NCBI GenBank assembly: GCA_044344255.1
Contig: JBIJDH010000022.1
Coordinates: 32,001-96,000, forward strand
From: Myxococcota bacterium
Lineage (GTDB): Bacteria > Myxococcota_A > UBA796 > UBA2385
DNA length: 64,000 nt
Reading direction: 5' to 3'
In this document: in pieces, positions 1 through 8,787 of the stretch
Numbering within the stretch: the stretch's first letter is position 1
How the letters are laid out: each line of letters starts with the position of its first letter
Notes under the pieces: generated by a model
Databases searched by the model: none
Seen by the model: only the letters and a program-made list of their open reading frames with translations
Told to the model about the DNA's origin: nothing
Made by a program: the position numbers and the translations under genes

Positions 1-1
1 G

Positions 2-1084
2 GCCAACTTCCTCGTCTATGACGGAGAGGAGACGGACTCCCGCCCGGAACACCAGCTCTCCCGCCTCCGGACCCACTACGCCTACACAGGCCCGAACCTC
101 ACCGACGTACGCTACGCCGGCGTCACCCGAGACGGCAAGATCGAGGCCGAGATCTCCACTCAGCTTGGCCGGACCGACGATCTGGTGCGGGTGTACTATC
201 ACCTTCGAACCACCTTCCTCGAAGACGTCGCCTACGATCGGCTCGCCCTCTTCCAGATGGCCGCCGACCGGTACGCCGACAACGGCTTCACCCGTTACGC
301 CTACGGCAATGAAGCCGGGGCCGTGCTCGACGAGGCCATCCCCGACCACAAGACCACCGGCTACGCCGCCGAGGCCGACCGCGCGATCCCCCTCTCGGGC
401 GACGCCCCCTGGGTGTTCCTCTACGCAAACGAGCGCGTGGAGAGCTCCCTCCCGGAGCGCCTCGCCAACGTCGGCTTCGTGGTGCGGGCCTATGAGGCCA
501 ACATCGGCGGTGTGATCACCACCTCGCCCGTCATCAACCTGATGCGCACCTACAACGGAGGCTGGTCGCAGGTCTCCTTCGAGCTCGGCCTACCCGAAGA
601 CCCGAGCGCGCGGGTCATCCCAGCGGGGAGCGTCGTGACGGCGACCCTCGAGTACCTCGTGATCCCCTCCGACAAGGACGCCTACTACGGCGAGAGCGAC
701 CACCTGCTCGCGACCCCCGCCGAGGACTACGACACGACCGAGATGATGCGCGCGCTGGCCGAAGGCAATCGCCTCACCGTGAGCGCGACGGTGGGCACCC
801 TCACGCGCAGCCAGCCCGTCGAGATCACCGCGGCGGAGGGCGCGACCGCCGCCGAGCTCACCCTCCAGGGCGGTCTCGGCTACACCCCGCTCACCTTCCA
901 CGGCCTCGTCCGCCCCGACGGCTGGCGCCTCGAACAGGAGGTCGAGGGCGCGTGGGAGCGGGTCGACCAGTCGGTCGAGGGTAACGACTATTGGCAGTCC
1001 TACGAGGACGCCTCCGCTGGCACCTGGGACCTCGTGTTCAACGTCCACAACGAGGGCGAGCGGCGGTTCCGGCTGGTGCGCTGA
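2..1084 (+). CDS. Hypothetical protein, 5'-truncated by the window edge
   Basis: The frame of ORF 185..1084 stays open back to base 2 (ANFLVYDGEETDSRPEHQL...) with GC3-rich codons. No family recognised. Confidence 0.75.
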   Translation, partial: ANFLVYDGEETDSRPEHQLSRLRTHYAYTGPNLTDVRYAGVTRDGKIEAEISTQLGRTDDLVRVYYHLRTTFLEDVAYDRLALFQMAADRYADNGFTRYAYGNEAGAVLDEAIPDHKTTGYAAEADRAIPLSGDAPWVFLYANERVESSLPERLANVGFVVRAYEANIGGVITTSPVINLMRTYNGGWSQVSFELGLPEDPSARVIPAGSVVTATLEYLVIPSDKDAYYGESDHLLATPAEDYDTTEMMRALAEGNRLTVSATVGTLTRSQPVEITAAEGATAAELTLQGGLGYTPLTFHGLVRPDGWRLEQEVEGAWERVDQSVEGNDYWQSYEDASAGTWDLVFNVHNEGERRFRLVR

Positions 1085-1291
1085 CCGGCCGCGTTCGAGC
1101 GCCGCTCAGGCCCGGAGGGTGTCGCCCCCACCGGGCGCGAGAGCGTGCTCCCCACCATCGTCCAGACCGGGGTCGCGTTGTAGCCCTCGCCCTGGAGGGC
1201 GGCCCCCATGGTCTGTCGGCCCATCCGAGAGACAAACCAAGCCACGTCCGCCCGCCACTGCCGCCACCGCACCTTCGAGCGCCGCGGCGGC

Positions 1292-2329
1292 TCAGCCCCG
1301 CCCGGCCGCCGCCTCCACCGCCGCCGCGAGGCCCCGGTTGACCGACTTGTAATGAGCCACCCGCACGTCGAGGTCGAGGCCCGCGGCGCGGGAGAGGGCG
1401 CGGCCGATCGCGTCGGTGATCCAGGCGCTGTCGTTGCCGAAGGCGCCGCCGCCGAGGAAGGTGAGCCAGACCCGACCGCTGCCTGCCCCCTCGGCCCGCT
1501 CGATCGCGGCGGCGAGCAGGGTGGCCTCATAGGCCCCCTCGAGCACGAGGCGGGCGAAGGGCTCCCAGAGGCCATTCGGCAATCCCGAGTAAGCGCAGGA
1601 CAGGGCCGAGCAGAAGGCCTGGCTGACCGACTGAGCCCGGTCGAGGGGCACGAAGCGGCTGGAGAAGGTGACGCCCACCCCCGTCTGGAGGCCGATCTCC
1701 AACGCGCCCATCAGGGTCTCCCGGGCGGCAGGGTCGAGCGCCTCCAGGCGAGCCCGGAGCCGGGACAAGCGAGCCGCCGAGGAGAAGGTGTAGCCGTTCT
1801 TCGTGTCCCAGAGCGCAGGGACCTCGCCGAGCGCCGCCCGGAGGCCGTCTGTATTGTCGATCTGACGGTCTCTGCTCTGTCCGATCCCCCCCTTCACCGG
1901 GACGAAGAGGTGCCGATAGACCGTGGCCGCCGCCGCGGCGAGGGCGCAGGCGGGGCCCTGCGTGGGATCATGGGCGTAGCCGGTCACCCCGTCCTCCGGC
2001 ACCGTCGAGGGGCCCGGGAACTCCAGGCAGTTGAACTGAGAGGCCACCTGGAAGAGGGCGCCCTCGTTCTCGGGCAGCGCATGAAGCCCGAGCACGTCAC
2101 CCACGGCCTCGTGCCGGAGGCGCAGCCCGCGCCCGCGCCCGCGGGGGAGTGCGAGGGCGGCGGCGCCGGCGCGGAGCGAGGAGAGGGAGGGCGTCGAGAA
2201 GCGCCCCACGCGGAACGTGGCCCCGTTGACCCGGCTCTGGAGCTGGTCTCCCGAGAGCGCCAGCCGCGCACGGGTGGAGTCCGGGTCCTGCTCACTGAAG
2301 CCAAAGAGCTGCTCGAACCACATGGTCAC
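1292..2329 (-). CDS. Conserved hypothetical protein, possible macrodomain/PARG-like ADP-ribose hydrolase fold
   Basis: Motifs ALFQVASQFNCLE, PEDGVTGYAHDPTQGPACA and C-terminal LTFLGGGAFGN, which resembles the GCGAFGN loop of PARG-type macrodomains. Confidence 0.65.
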   Translation of the reverse strand: MTMWFEQLFGFSEQDPDSTRARLALSGDQLQSRVNGATFRVGRFSTPSLSSLRAGAAALALPRGRGRGLRLRHEAVGDVLGLHALPENEGALFQVASQFNCLEFPGPSTVPEDGVTGYAHDPTQGPACALAAAAATVYRHLFVPVKGGIGQSRDRQIDNTDGLRAALGEVPALWDTKNGYTFSSAARLSRLRARLEALDPAARETLMGALEIGLQTGVGVTFSSRFVPLDRAQSVSQAFCSALSCAYSGLPNGLWEPFARLVLEGAYEATLLAAAIERAEGAGSGRVWLTFLGGGAFGNDSAWITDAIGRALSRAAGLDLDVRVAHYKSVNRGLAAAVEAAAGRG

Positions 2330-2390
2330 ACCCCCGCGCTCCGCCTAATCCGCGCGCGTCTCCGCCGGCGCGCGGCCGCGTCCGCCGACC

Positions 2391-2407
2391 CGTTGCACGA
2401 TGAAACA
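2391..2407. promoter_or_regulatory. Putative enhancer-binding-protein site (UAS)
   Basis: CGTTGCA-CGA-TGAAACA, a one-mismatch version of the palindrome at 41745 and 42686, about 115 bp upstream of a sigma-54 promoter. Confidence 0.5.
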
Positions 2408-2521
2408 GGGCGAGTCTGAAACATGGTCCTGGAGACCTGCAACCCCCGACCCGTCGAAACAGGGCGAGGGGCAAACCTCAAGAGTGACCGATTAACCTGA
2501 ATTGACCCGCCCACCAAAGTC

Positions 2522-2537
2522 TGGCACGCCTCTTGCT
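2522..2537 (+). promoter_or_regulatory. Sigma-54 (-24/-12) promoter of the rhodanese/TauE/YeeE operon
   Basis: TGGCACG-CCTC-TTGCT, an exact match to the TGGCACG-N4-TTGCW consensus, ~50 bp before ATG 2590. Confidence 0.85.
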
Positions 2538-2589
2538 AAAGGCCTCACCGTACCCGCTGAGCCCCTCAGCCCCCTCCCGTGGAGCCCCC

Positions 2590-3030
2590 ATGTCGAGCCC
2601 CCTCCTCCTCTCCCGTTCGGACGCCCAGCCGGCCGGGTTCCGTGACCTCAGCCCCCAGGCGGCCCTCCTCCACGCGCATGAGCTCCGCCTCATCGACGTG
2701 CGGGAGCCCGACGAGTTCGTCGGCCCTCTCGGGCACATCGAGGGCGCGGAGCTCGTGCCCCTCGCGACCCTCCCCGCCGCCGCCGCAGGCTGGGACAAGC
2801 GCGCGCCGGTGCTCCTGATCTGCCGCAGCGGCGCCCGCTCGGCCCGAGGCGCCGGCACGCTCGCCCAGCTCGGCTTCACCCAGCTCTTCAACCTCGTCGG
2901 CGGGATGCTCGCCTGGGACGCCAGCGCCCTGCCCCGCCACAGGGCCGACCCCAGCCCGGAGGGGCGCCCCGTCCCTTCGCCCGACGACACGATGAAACCG
3001 GCTGCAACACGCAGCGTCGGACCGAGCTGA
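2590..3030 (+). CDS. Rhodanese-like sulfurtransferase
   Basis: LIDVREPDEF...GHIEGA, active-site loop CRSGARS, LVGGMLAW. GGAG precedes ATG 2590. Confidence 0.9.
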   Translation: MSSPLLLSRSDAQPAGFRDLSPQAALLHAHELRLIDVREPDEFVGPLGHIEGAELVPLATLPAAAAGWDKRAPVLLICRSGARSARGAGTLAQLGFTQLFNLVGGMLAWDASALPRHRADPSPEGRPVPSPDDTMKPAATRSVGPS

Positions 3031-3033
3031 ACC

Positions 3034-3774
3034 ATGATGCTCCTCGCCCTCGCGCTCTCCCTCCTCATCGGCGTCGCCCTCGGTCTCCTCGGCGGCGGGG
3101 GCTCGATCCTCACCACCCCGATCCTCATCTACGGCCTCGGCGTCGAGACCAAGGCCGCCATCGCCACCTCCCTGCTCGTGGTGGGCATCACCAGCGTCGC
3201 CGCGGTGATCCAGCACGCCCGCGCCGGCAACGTCGTCTGGCGCACCGGGCTCATCTTCGGCGGCGCAGGGATGGCGGGGGCCTACATCGGCGGCTTCATC
3301 GCCGGCTGGATCCCCGCGACCGTGCTCATGGTCCTCTTCGGCGGGATGATGCTGGCCACCGCTGGGGCGATGTTCCGAGGCCGTAAGGACTCGGGGCCGG
3401 GCACCGGAGAGGCCCAGGCCCTGTGGAAGGTCATCGGTGAGGGCCTCGTGGTGGGCGTGGTCACCGGCCTCGTCGGCGCGGGCGGCGGCTTCCTCGTCGT
3501 GCCTGCCCTGGCCCTCTTGGGCGGGCTCCCGATGAAGAAGGCGGTGGGCACCTCGCTCCTCGTCATCGCCCTCAAGAGCTTCGCCGGCTTCGCCGGGCAC
3601 GCCGCGCATGTCACCATCGACTACCAGCTCGCCGCCCTCGTCGCGACCTCTGCGGTGGCCGGCTCCTTCATCGGCAGCCGCCTCGCGGACCGCATCCCCG
3701 CCGAGCTGCTCAGGAAGGGCTTCGCCATCTTCGTGCTGGTGATGGCCGTCTTTGTGCTCTATCAACAGGCCTGA
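3034..3774 (+). CDS. TauE/SafE-family sulfite exporter
   Basis: Two repeats GLLGGGGSILTTP / GLVGAGGGFLVVP, AIATSL/AVGTSL motifs, hydrophobic throughout. Confidence 0.92.
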   Translation: MMLLALALSLLIGVALGLLGGGGSILTTPILIYGLGVETKAAIATSLLVVGITSVAAVIQHARAGNVVWRTGLIFGGAGMAGAYIGGFIAGWIPATVLMVLFGGMMLATAGAMFRGRKDSGPGTGEAQALWKVIGEGLVVGVVTGLVGAGGGFLVVPALALLGGLPMKKAVGTSLLVIALKSFAGFAGHAAHVTIDYQLAALVATSAVAGSFIGSRLADRIPAELLRKGFAIFVLVMAVFVLYQQA

Positions 3775-3864
3775 GCTATCCAAAGGCGCGCGACCGGGCG
3801 CCTTACAACACAGAACTTCCTCTCTCTTGTCATCGAACATGTCATCGAAATTCCGAGGTGAATC

Positions 3865-4299
3865 GTGTCTCCGGACTTCACGCCCCTCCTCTCCACCCTC
3901 GGCGGCGCGCTCATCGGGGCGTCAGCCTCGGCCATGCTGCTGGTCGAGGGCCGAGTGGCCGGTATCAGCGGCATCGTCGGCGGACTGTTCAGCCCCAAAG
4001 CTGGCGACATTGGTTGGCGGGTCGCCTTCCTGGCCGGCCTCGGCCTGGCCGGGCTCGGGGCGACCCTCCTCGCTCCGGCGCTCGTGGCGGTCGAGACCGA
4101 CCGGACGCCCGTAATGCTCGTCGCCGCCGGGCTCCTCGTGGGCGTGGGGACCCGAATCGGAAACGGCTGCACGAGCGGCCACGGCGTCTGCGGCCTCTCG
4201 CGGATGAGCCCCCGTTCCCTCGCGAGCGTGATCACCTTCATGACGGTGGGCGCCCTCGTCGCGGTCGCGGTCGGCCGGCTGATGGGAGGTGGAGCATGA
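3865..4299 (+). CDS. YeeE/YedE-family sulfur-compound transporter subunit
   Basis: GRVAGISGI and GNGCTSGHGVCG motifs. Confidence 0.9.
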   Translation: MSPDFTPLLSTLGGALIGASASAMLLVEGRVAGISGIVGGLFSPKAGDIGWRVAFLAGLGLAGLGATLLAPALVAVETDRTPVMLVAAGLLVGVGTRIGNGCTSGHGVCGLSRMSPRSLASVITFMTVGALVAVAVGRLMGGGA

Positions 4300-4721
4300 A
4301 GAGCGTCTTGCTCTCCCTCGGGACGGGCCTCCTCTTCGGCGTCGGCCTCCTCCTGTCGGGGATGACCCAGCCGGCCAAGGTCGTGAACTTCCTCGACGTG
4401 CTCGGAGACTGGGATCCCTCCCTGGCCTTCGTGATGGGCGGCGCCATCGGGGTGCACTTTCTGGCCTATCGCCTCGTGCCCCGCCTTCAGCGGCCCGCCT
4501 GGGCCCCGACCTTCGCCATCCCCAGCCGACGGGACATCGACGCGCGGCTGATCGGCGGCGCCGCGCTCTTCGGGGCCGGCTGGGGCCTCGGGGGCTACTG
4601 CCCGGGGCCCGCCCTCACCTCCGCCGTGAGCGGCGCCTCCTCCACCCTGATCTTCACCGGCGCGATGTTGGTGGGGATGTGGGTCCACTCCCTCTGGGAG
4701 ACCGCGAAGGCCCGCTCCTGA
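4296..4721 (+). CDS. YeeE/YedE-family (DUF6691-type) transporter subunit
   Basis: SGMTQPAKVVNFLD, WDPSLAFVM, GWGLGGYCPGP. ATGA overlap with the previous gene. Confidence 0.9.
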   Translation: MKSVLLSLGTGLLFGVGLLLSGMTQPAKVVNFLDVLGDWDPSLAFVMGGAIGVHFLAYRLVPRLQRPAWAPTFAIPSRRDIDARLIGGAALFGAGWGLGGYCPGPALTSAVSGASSTLIFTGAMLVGMWVHSLWETAKARS

Positions 4722-4794
4722 CCGGCAGTTCGCGCCCCCTACCCGCGCACCTCTCCACCCCTCTCGGACCGCGGCTGACGCGACCGGAGCCCCC

Positions 4795-5334
4795 GTGAAC
4801 ATCCGCACCATCCTCGTCCCCGTCGATTTCTCCACCTGCTCGATGCTGGTCACGAAGCAGGCGGCCGGGCTCGCCGTCCGCCTCGGAGCCCGCCTGGTGA
4901 TCCTGCACGTCGCCGAGCTCCCGCCCGGCCTCCGCCGCACCACCCCCGTCCACCCCGATGGCCTCGACCGGACCGCCGCCGAATACCTCACCGAGGACTC
5001 CACCAACCGGCTCGGGGAGTTCGCCCTGGCCGCCCGCGCCCTCGGCGCCGAGGCCGAGGTGGCGGTGGCGCTCGGTCCCATCGTGCCCACGATCCTCACC
5101 GCGACCGCCTCCCACGCCGCAGACCTCATCATCATCGGCACGCACGGGCGCACGGGCCTCGCCCGCGTCGTGCTCGGCAGCGTGGCCGAGGGGGTCGCCC
5201 ACGGGGCCCACGTCCCGGTCATGCTGGTACGCCGGGAATCCCGCCCCGAGTGCGCCCGGGAGAGCTGCGAGTGGTGCCCCCATCAGGGGCGGAGCCCGGC
5301 CGAAGAGCGCATCGACGCGGAGTCTCAGGGCTGA
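4795..5334 (+). CDS. Universal stress protein with Cys-rich C-terminal tail
   Basis: ILVPVDFS, IIGTHGRTGLARVVLGSVAE, PVMLV. Tail CARESCEWCPH. Confidence 0.9.
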   Translation: MNIRTILVPVDFSTCSMLVTKQAAGLAVRLGARLVILHVAELPPGLRRTTPVHPDGLDRTAAEYLTEDSTNRLGEFALAARALGAEAEVAVALGPIVPTILTATASHAADLIIIGTHGRTGLARVVLGSVAEGVAHGAHVPVMLVRRESRPECARESCEWCPHQGRSPAEERIDAESQG

Positions 5335-5371
5335 CCTCTCGAAAGGGGTCGTGAGGCAGACTCCCCGCCGC

Positions 5372-5409
5372 GCCCGCGGTCTGGTAGGATGCCCGCGGTC
5401 TGGTAAGAT
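5372..5409 (+). repeat. 19-bp tandem duplication in a promoter region
   Basis: GCCCGCGGTCTGGTAGGAT followed directly by GCCCGCGGTCTGGTAAGAT (1 mismatch). Confidence 0.85.
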
Positions 5410-5438
5410 GGCTGTAAGAGCGAGGTAAGCGGATCAAC

Positions 5439-6023
5439 GTGGCTGCCACCAATCGAAGAACTGTGTTGGCAGGCCTGTTCGGGGGCTGCGCGCTCATCGC
5501 TGCCGGGGGCGGCTACGTTTGGTACAACGTCGGCTACGAGGCTGACCCGGAGGACCACCTCCTCATCCTCGACGCCAAGGAGGCCCTCGTCCTCCGTGCC
5601 CTCTTCGAGGTCCTGATGCCAAAGGGCTCCGACCTCCCCACGCCCAAGGGCATGAAGCTGATGGACCGCTTTGACGAGCTGGTCTGGTCGGCGAGCGACG
5701 AAGAGCGGGCCGACTTCCAGGGCGCGCTCTCGATCATCGAGCACGCTCCCCCTCGTTACGGTCAGCTCCACCGCCTGAGCGGGTTGAGCATCGCCGATCG
5801 CGGCCGCTTCCTGGGCCGGGTGCTCGCCGGAGACCACGGCGACCACATCCGGGCATTGACGGGCATCAAGCAGCTCTGCTACCGGTTCACCTACGGCCAC
5901 CCCAACGCCTGGACCCCCATCGGCTACGACGGGCCGTGGGTGCTGGAGGCGGTGCCGCACCCCTCTCGTGGGGCCTACGAGGCCGCGAAGGCAGAATTGG
6001 CAAAGAAGTCGGAGAAGACGTGA
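5439..6023 (+). CDS. Gluconate 2-dehydrogenase subunit-3-like partner of a GMC oxidoreductase, Tat-like signal
   Basis: N-terminal NRRTVL plus hydrophobic stretch. W..IGYDGP motif near the C-terminus. GTGA overlap with the GMC gene. Confidence 0.75.
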   Translation: MAATNRRTVLAGLFGGCALIAAGGGYVWYNVGYEADPEDHLLILDAKEALVLRALFEVLMPKGSDLPTPKGMKLMDRFDELVWSASDEERADFQGALSIIEHAPPRYGQLHRLSGLSIADRGRFLGRVLAGDHGDHIRALTGIKQLCYRFTYGHPNAWTPIGYDGPWVLEAVPHPSRGAYEAAKAELAKKSEKT

Positions 6024-7609
6024 TCTTCCAAGCGCGCGACATGCTGGCCGCGGTGGCGAACGGCGTCCTCGAAGACCGATGCCAGGTCTGCATCGTCGGC
6101 AGCGGCTGTGGCGGCGCCACCGTCGCTCGCCGCCTCGCCGAGCGGGGCATCGAGGTGATGATCCTCGAGCAGGGCGGGTGCTGGGTCCCCAACCAGGACT
6201 TCGACCAGCGCGAGCTCAACATGATCCCGCGCCTGAGCGGCGGTCGGGGCGTCGAAGAGAGCGACGACCGCTCGGTCACGCTCGCGTACGGGCAAAACCT
6301 CGGCGGCGCCTCGGTCCAATATCGGGCCAACTCCTACCGCACGCCCATCGACCGCCTCGAGCTGTGGGCCTCGAAGTACGGGCTCCAAGGCCACGGGCTC
6401 GACGACCTCGGGCCCTTGTTCACCCGCCTCGAGGCCGAGCTGTCCATCCAACCCGCGGGCGATGAGCTCGTCAACCCGATGAACGCCCGCGTGCGCGACG
6501 CCGCCACCCGCCTCGGCTGGACGGTCGGCCGGGTGCCGCAGGCCCGCACAAACTGTAGCAAGTGCGGGTATTGTTCAGAGGGCTGCGCCTACGACGCCAA
6601 ACAGAGCATGCTCGTGACCGCGCTCCCCGCCGCGATGGCCGCTGGGGCGCGGATCTACACCGACTGTAGGGCCAAGCAGATCACGCGCGAGCGCGGCCGG
6701 GTCAAACACCTCCTGGTCGACATCATGGACCGGGCCACCGGCCGCCCGACGGGCCTCAGCTTCCGCGTCGACGCCCAGGTCTTCGTGATCGCCGGCGGGG
6801 GCTACGGCAGCCCCACCTTCCTGCTCTCTCAGGGCTTCAAGGACGAGCTCCCCGAGCTCGGTCGCCACTTCTTCTGCAACCCGAGCCCCTCTGTCCACGC
6901 GATCTTCCCCGAAGACACAGAACAGTGGCGCAACATCCCCAGCGCCTGGGGGGTCGAGGAATTCCGCCTCTCCCGTCACGACAGCCGAGGCGAAGAAGAC
7001 TCCCCCTTCTTCGGCAAGAAGGGCGAGTACGTCGAAGGGGGCTATCTCATGATGGCCAACCAGCTCCACCCCGCCGCCTTCGCGTCTGTCCTCCCCGGCT
7101 TCGGCGACGAGCACGCCCGCCTGATGTCCCAGTACCGCCGGCTCGGCGGCACCATCGCCTGGATCGACGACGCCGAGGAGGGCACCATCGAGTGGGTTGA
7201 GGGCGCCCGCAAGATCACGGTCCCGCTCACCGGCGGGAACGAGCGGCGCATCCGGGACGCCTACCGCAAGCAGGCCCAGCTGCTGCTCTCGGCGGGCGCG
7301 ATCGAGGTGATCTTCGGCGACGCCAAGGACACCCGCGTCCGCGTGGCGGCCGACGTAGACGACGCCGTGGACGCCCTCGACCTCCGCCCCGGCCGCAACC
7401 TGCTGTCCGCCCCGCACCCCGGCGGCGCCTGCCGGATGGGCACGGACGCCTCAAACTCGGTGGTGGGCCTCGACAACCGGGTCCACGGCTTCGAAAACCT
7501 CTACGTCACCGACTCCAGCGTCTTCCCCACCGGGCCGAGCGTCGATCCGAGCCTCACCATCATGGCCTTCAGCCACATCGCCGCAGGCTCGATCGCCAGC
7601 GCGCTCTGA
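6020..7609 (+). CDS. GMC-family FAD oxidoreductase
   Basis: IVGSGCGG FAD motif, LGGAS, CxxCGxCxxGC, HPGGACRMG, NLYVTDSSVFPT. Confidence 0.92.
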   Translation: MIFQARDMLAAVANGVLEDRCQVCIVGSGCGGATVARRLAERGIEVMILEQGGCWVPNQDFDQRELNMIPRLSGGRGVEESDDRSVTLAYGQNLGGASVQYRANSYRTPIDRLELWASKYGLQGHGLDDLGPLFTRLEAELSIQPAGDELVNPMNARVRDAATRLGWTVGRVPQARTNCSKCGYCSEGCAYDAKQSMLVTALPAAMAAGARIYTDCRAKQITRERGRVKHLLVDIMDRATGRPTGLSFRVDAQVFVIAGGGYGSPTFLLSQGFKDELPELGRHFFCNPSPSVHAIFPEDTEQWRNIPSAWGVEEFRLSRHDSRGEEDSPFFGKKGEYVEGGYLMMANQLHPAAFASVLPGFGDEHARLMSQYRRLGGTIAWIDDAEEGTIEWVEGARKITVPLTGGNERRIRDAYRKQAQLLLSAGAIEVIFGDAKDTRVRVAADVDDAVDALDLRPGRNLLSAPHPGGACRMGTDASNSVVGLDNRVHGFENLYVTDSSVFPTGPSVDPSLTIMAFSHIAAGSIASAL

Positions 7610-7615
7610 GGGGGC

Positions 7616-8491
7616 TCACCCGCGGCGACGCAGGCCCGGCCCGAGGGTAGCGATCCCCACCCCGACCAGCACCACGAGCGCGCCTACGGCCTCCAGCCGG
7701 CCCGGGATCTCGTGCAGCACGAGGGCGCCGAGCAGGGCCGCCCCCACCGGCTCGAGGAGGATCGCCGCGGTGACGGTGGCCGCGGGCAGGTAGCCGACGG
7801 CGTAGTTGAGGCCGAGGTGACCGATGAGCTGCGGCCCCACCACCATCCCGGCGATCGCCAGCCAGGAGGCCGCGGGCCAGCCCGAGAGCGGGACACCGAG
7901 GAGGAGGGCGGCCGGCAGCAGGCTGAGCGCGCAGGCCCCATAGACGAGGGCCCCGTAGCGGTTGATCTCGACGCTCGGCCGCACCACCCGCCCGATGATG
8001 AGGTAGCCGGCCGACAAGAGGCCCGCGGCGAGGGCCAGCAGATCGCCCTCGAGCAGCGAGGCCGCCGAGCGCCCCTCTCCCGCGCGCTCCCCCACCCCGC
8101 CGCTCATCGCCGCGACCCCCGCGAGGGCGAAGGCCACGCCCACCCAGAAGGGGGCCTTCGGCCGAACCTTGAGGATCAACCACTCGAGCAGCCCAGCCCA
8201 GACAGGCGTGAGGCAGGCGAGCAGGGTGGAGCGCAGCACGGTGGTGAGGTGAAGGCTGGTGAACCACAACACGAAGTGGAGCGCCAGCAAGACCCCGCCG
8301 AGCGCGCCGAGGCGCCGCGCCTGCCGCGGCACCGGGCCGAGCAGCGGCTGCCGACGGACGAGCAGGAGGCCCGTAAGCAGCGCCGCCGCCGAGCCCGTGC
8401 GCCAGAAGGCCACCGCGAGGGGCTCAACCCCCTCGGCGAGCCTCACCAGGACCGCCGCCCCGCTGATCGCGCTGATCGCCGCGACGAGCAC
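7616..8491 (-). CDS. DMT/EamA-family transporter
   Basis: About 10 TM segments, AVAFWR, GDLLAL, LIGHLGLNYA, LLEPV. Confidence 0.88.
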   Translation of the reverse strand: MLVAAISAISGAAVLVRLAEGVEPLAVAFWRTGSAAALLTGLLLVRRQPLLGPVPRQARRLGALGGVLLALHFVLWFTSLHLTTVLRSTLLACLTPVWAGLLEWLILKVRPKAPFWVGVAFALAGVAAMSGGVGERAGEGRSAASLLEGDLLALAAGLLSAGYLIIGRVVRPSVEINRYGALVYGACALSLLPAALLLGVPLSGWPAASWLAIAGMVVGPQLIGHLGLNYAVGYLPAATVTAAILLEPVGAALLGALVLHEIPGRLEAVGALVVLVGVGIATLGPGLRRRG

Positions 8492-8550
8492 CAGCCCCGG
8501 GCGGGCCGCGGCGCCAAGGGGCGAACCCTCACCCCCGAGCGGCGGACCCT

Positions 8551-8751
8551 TCAGAGATGGCCCTTCGGGCGGGTGGCGTACATCACGTCCATCAGGGCGT
8601 TGAACAGCTCCTCTTCGCTCTCGAGCTCCGCCTTGTTCTCCAGGAGGTCCCAGATCTTCTCATCGGAGTACTGGTTCTTGAGCGTGCCCAAGGAGGGGTC
8701 AGACTCGACCATCTCGGCCACCAGCTCGCGGGTCACCTGGAACTTGCCCAT
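8551..8751 (-). CDS. Small acidic hypothetical protein (66 aa)
   Basis: GGAGGCGAGG just upstream of the ATG, host-like codon usage, co-oriented between two minus-strand genes. Confidence 0.7.
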   Translation of the reverse strand: MGKFQVTRELVAEMVESDPSLGTLKNQYSDEKIWDLLENKAELESEEELFNALMDVMYATRPKGHL

Positions 8752-8787
8752 CCTCGCCTCCCCGCGGGCTCGCCGCGACCCGGAGCC

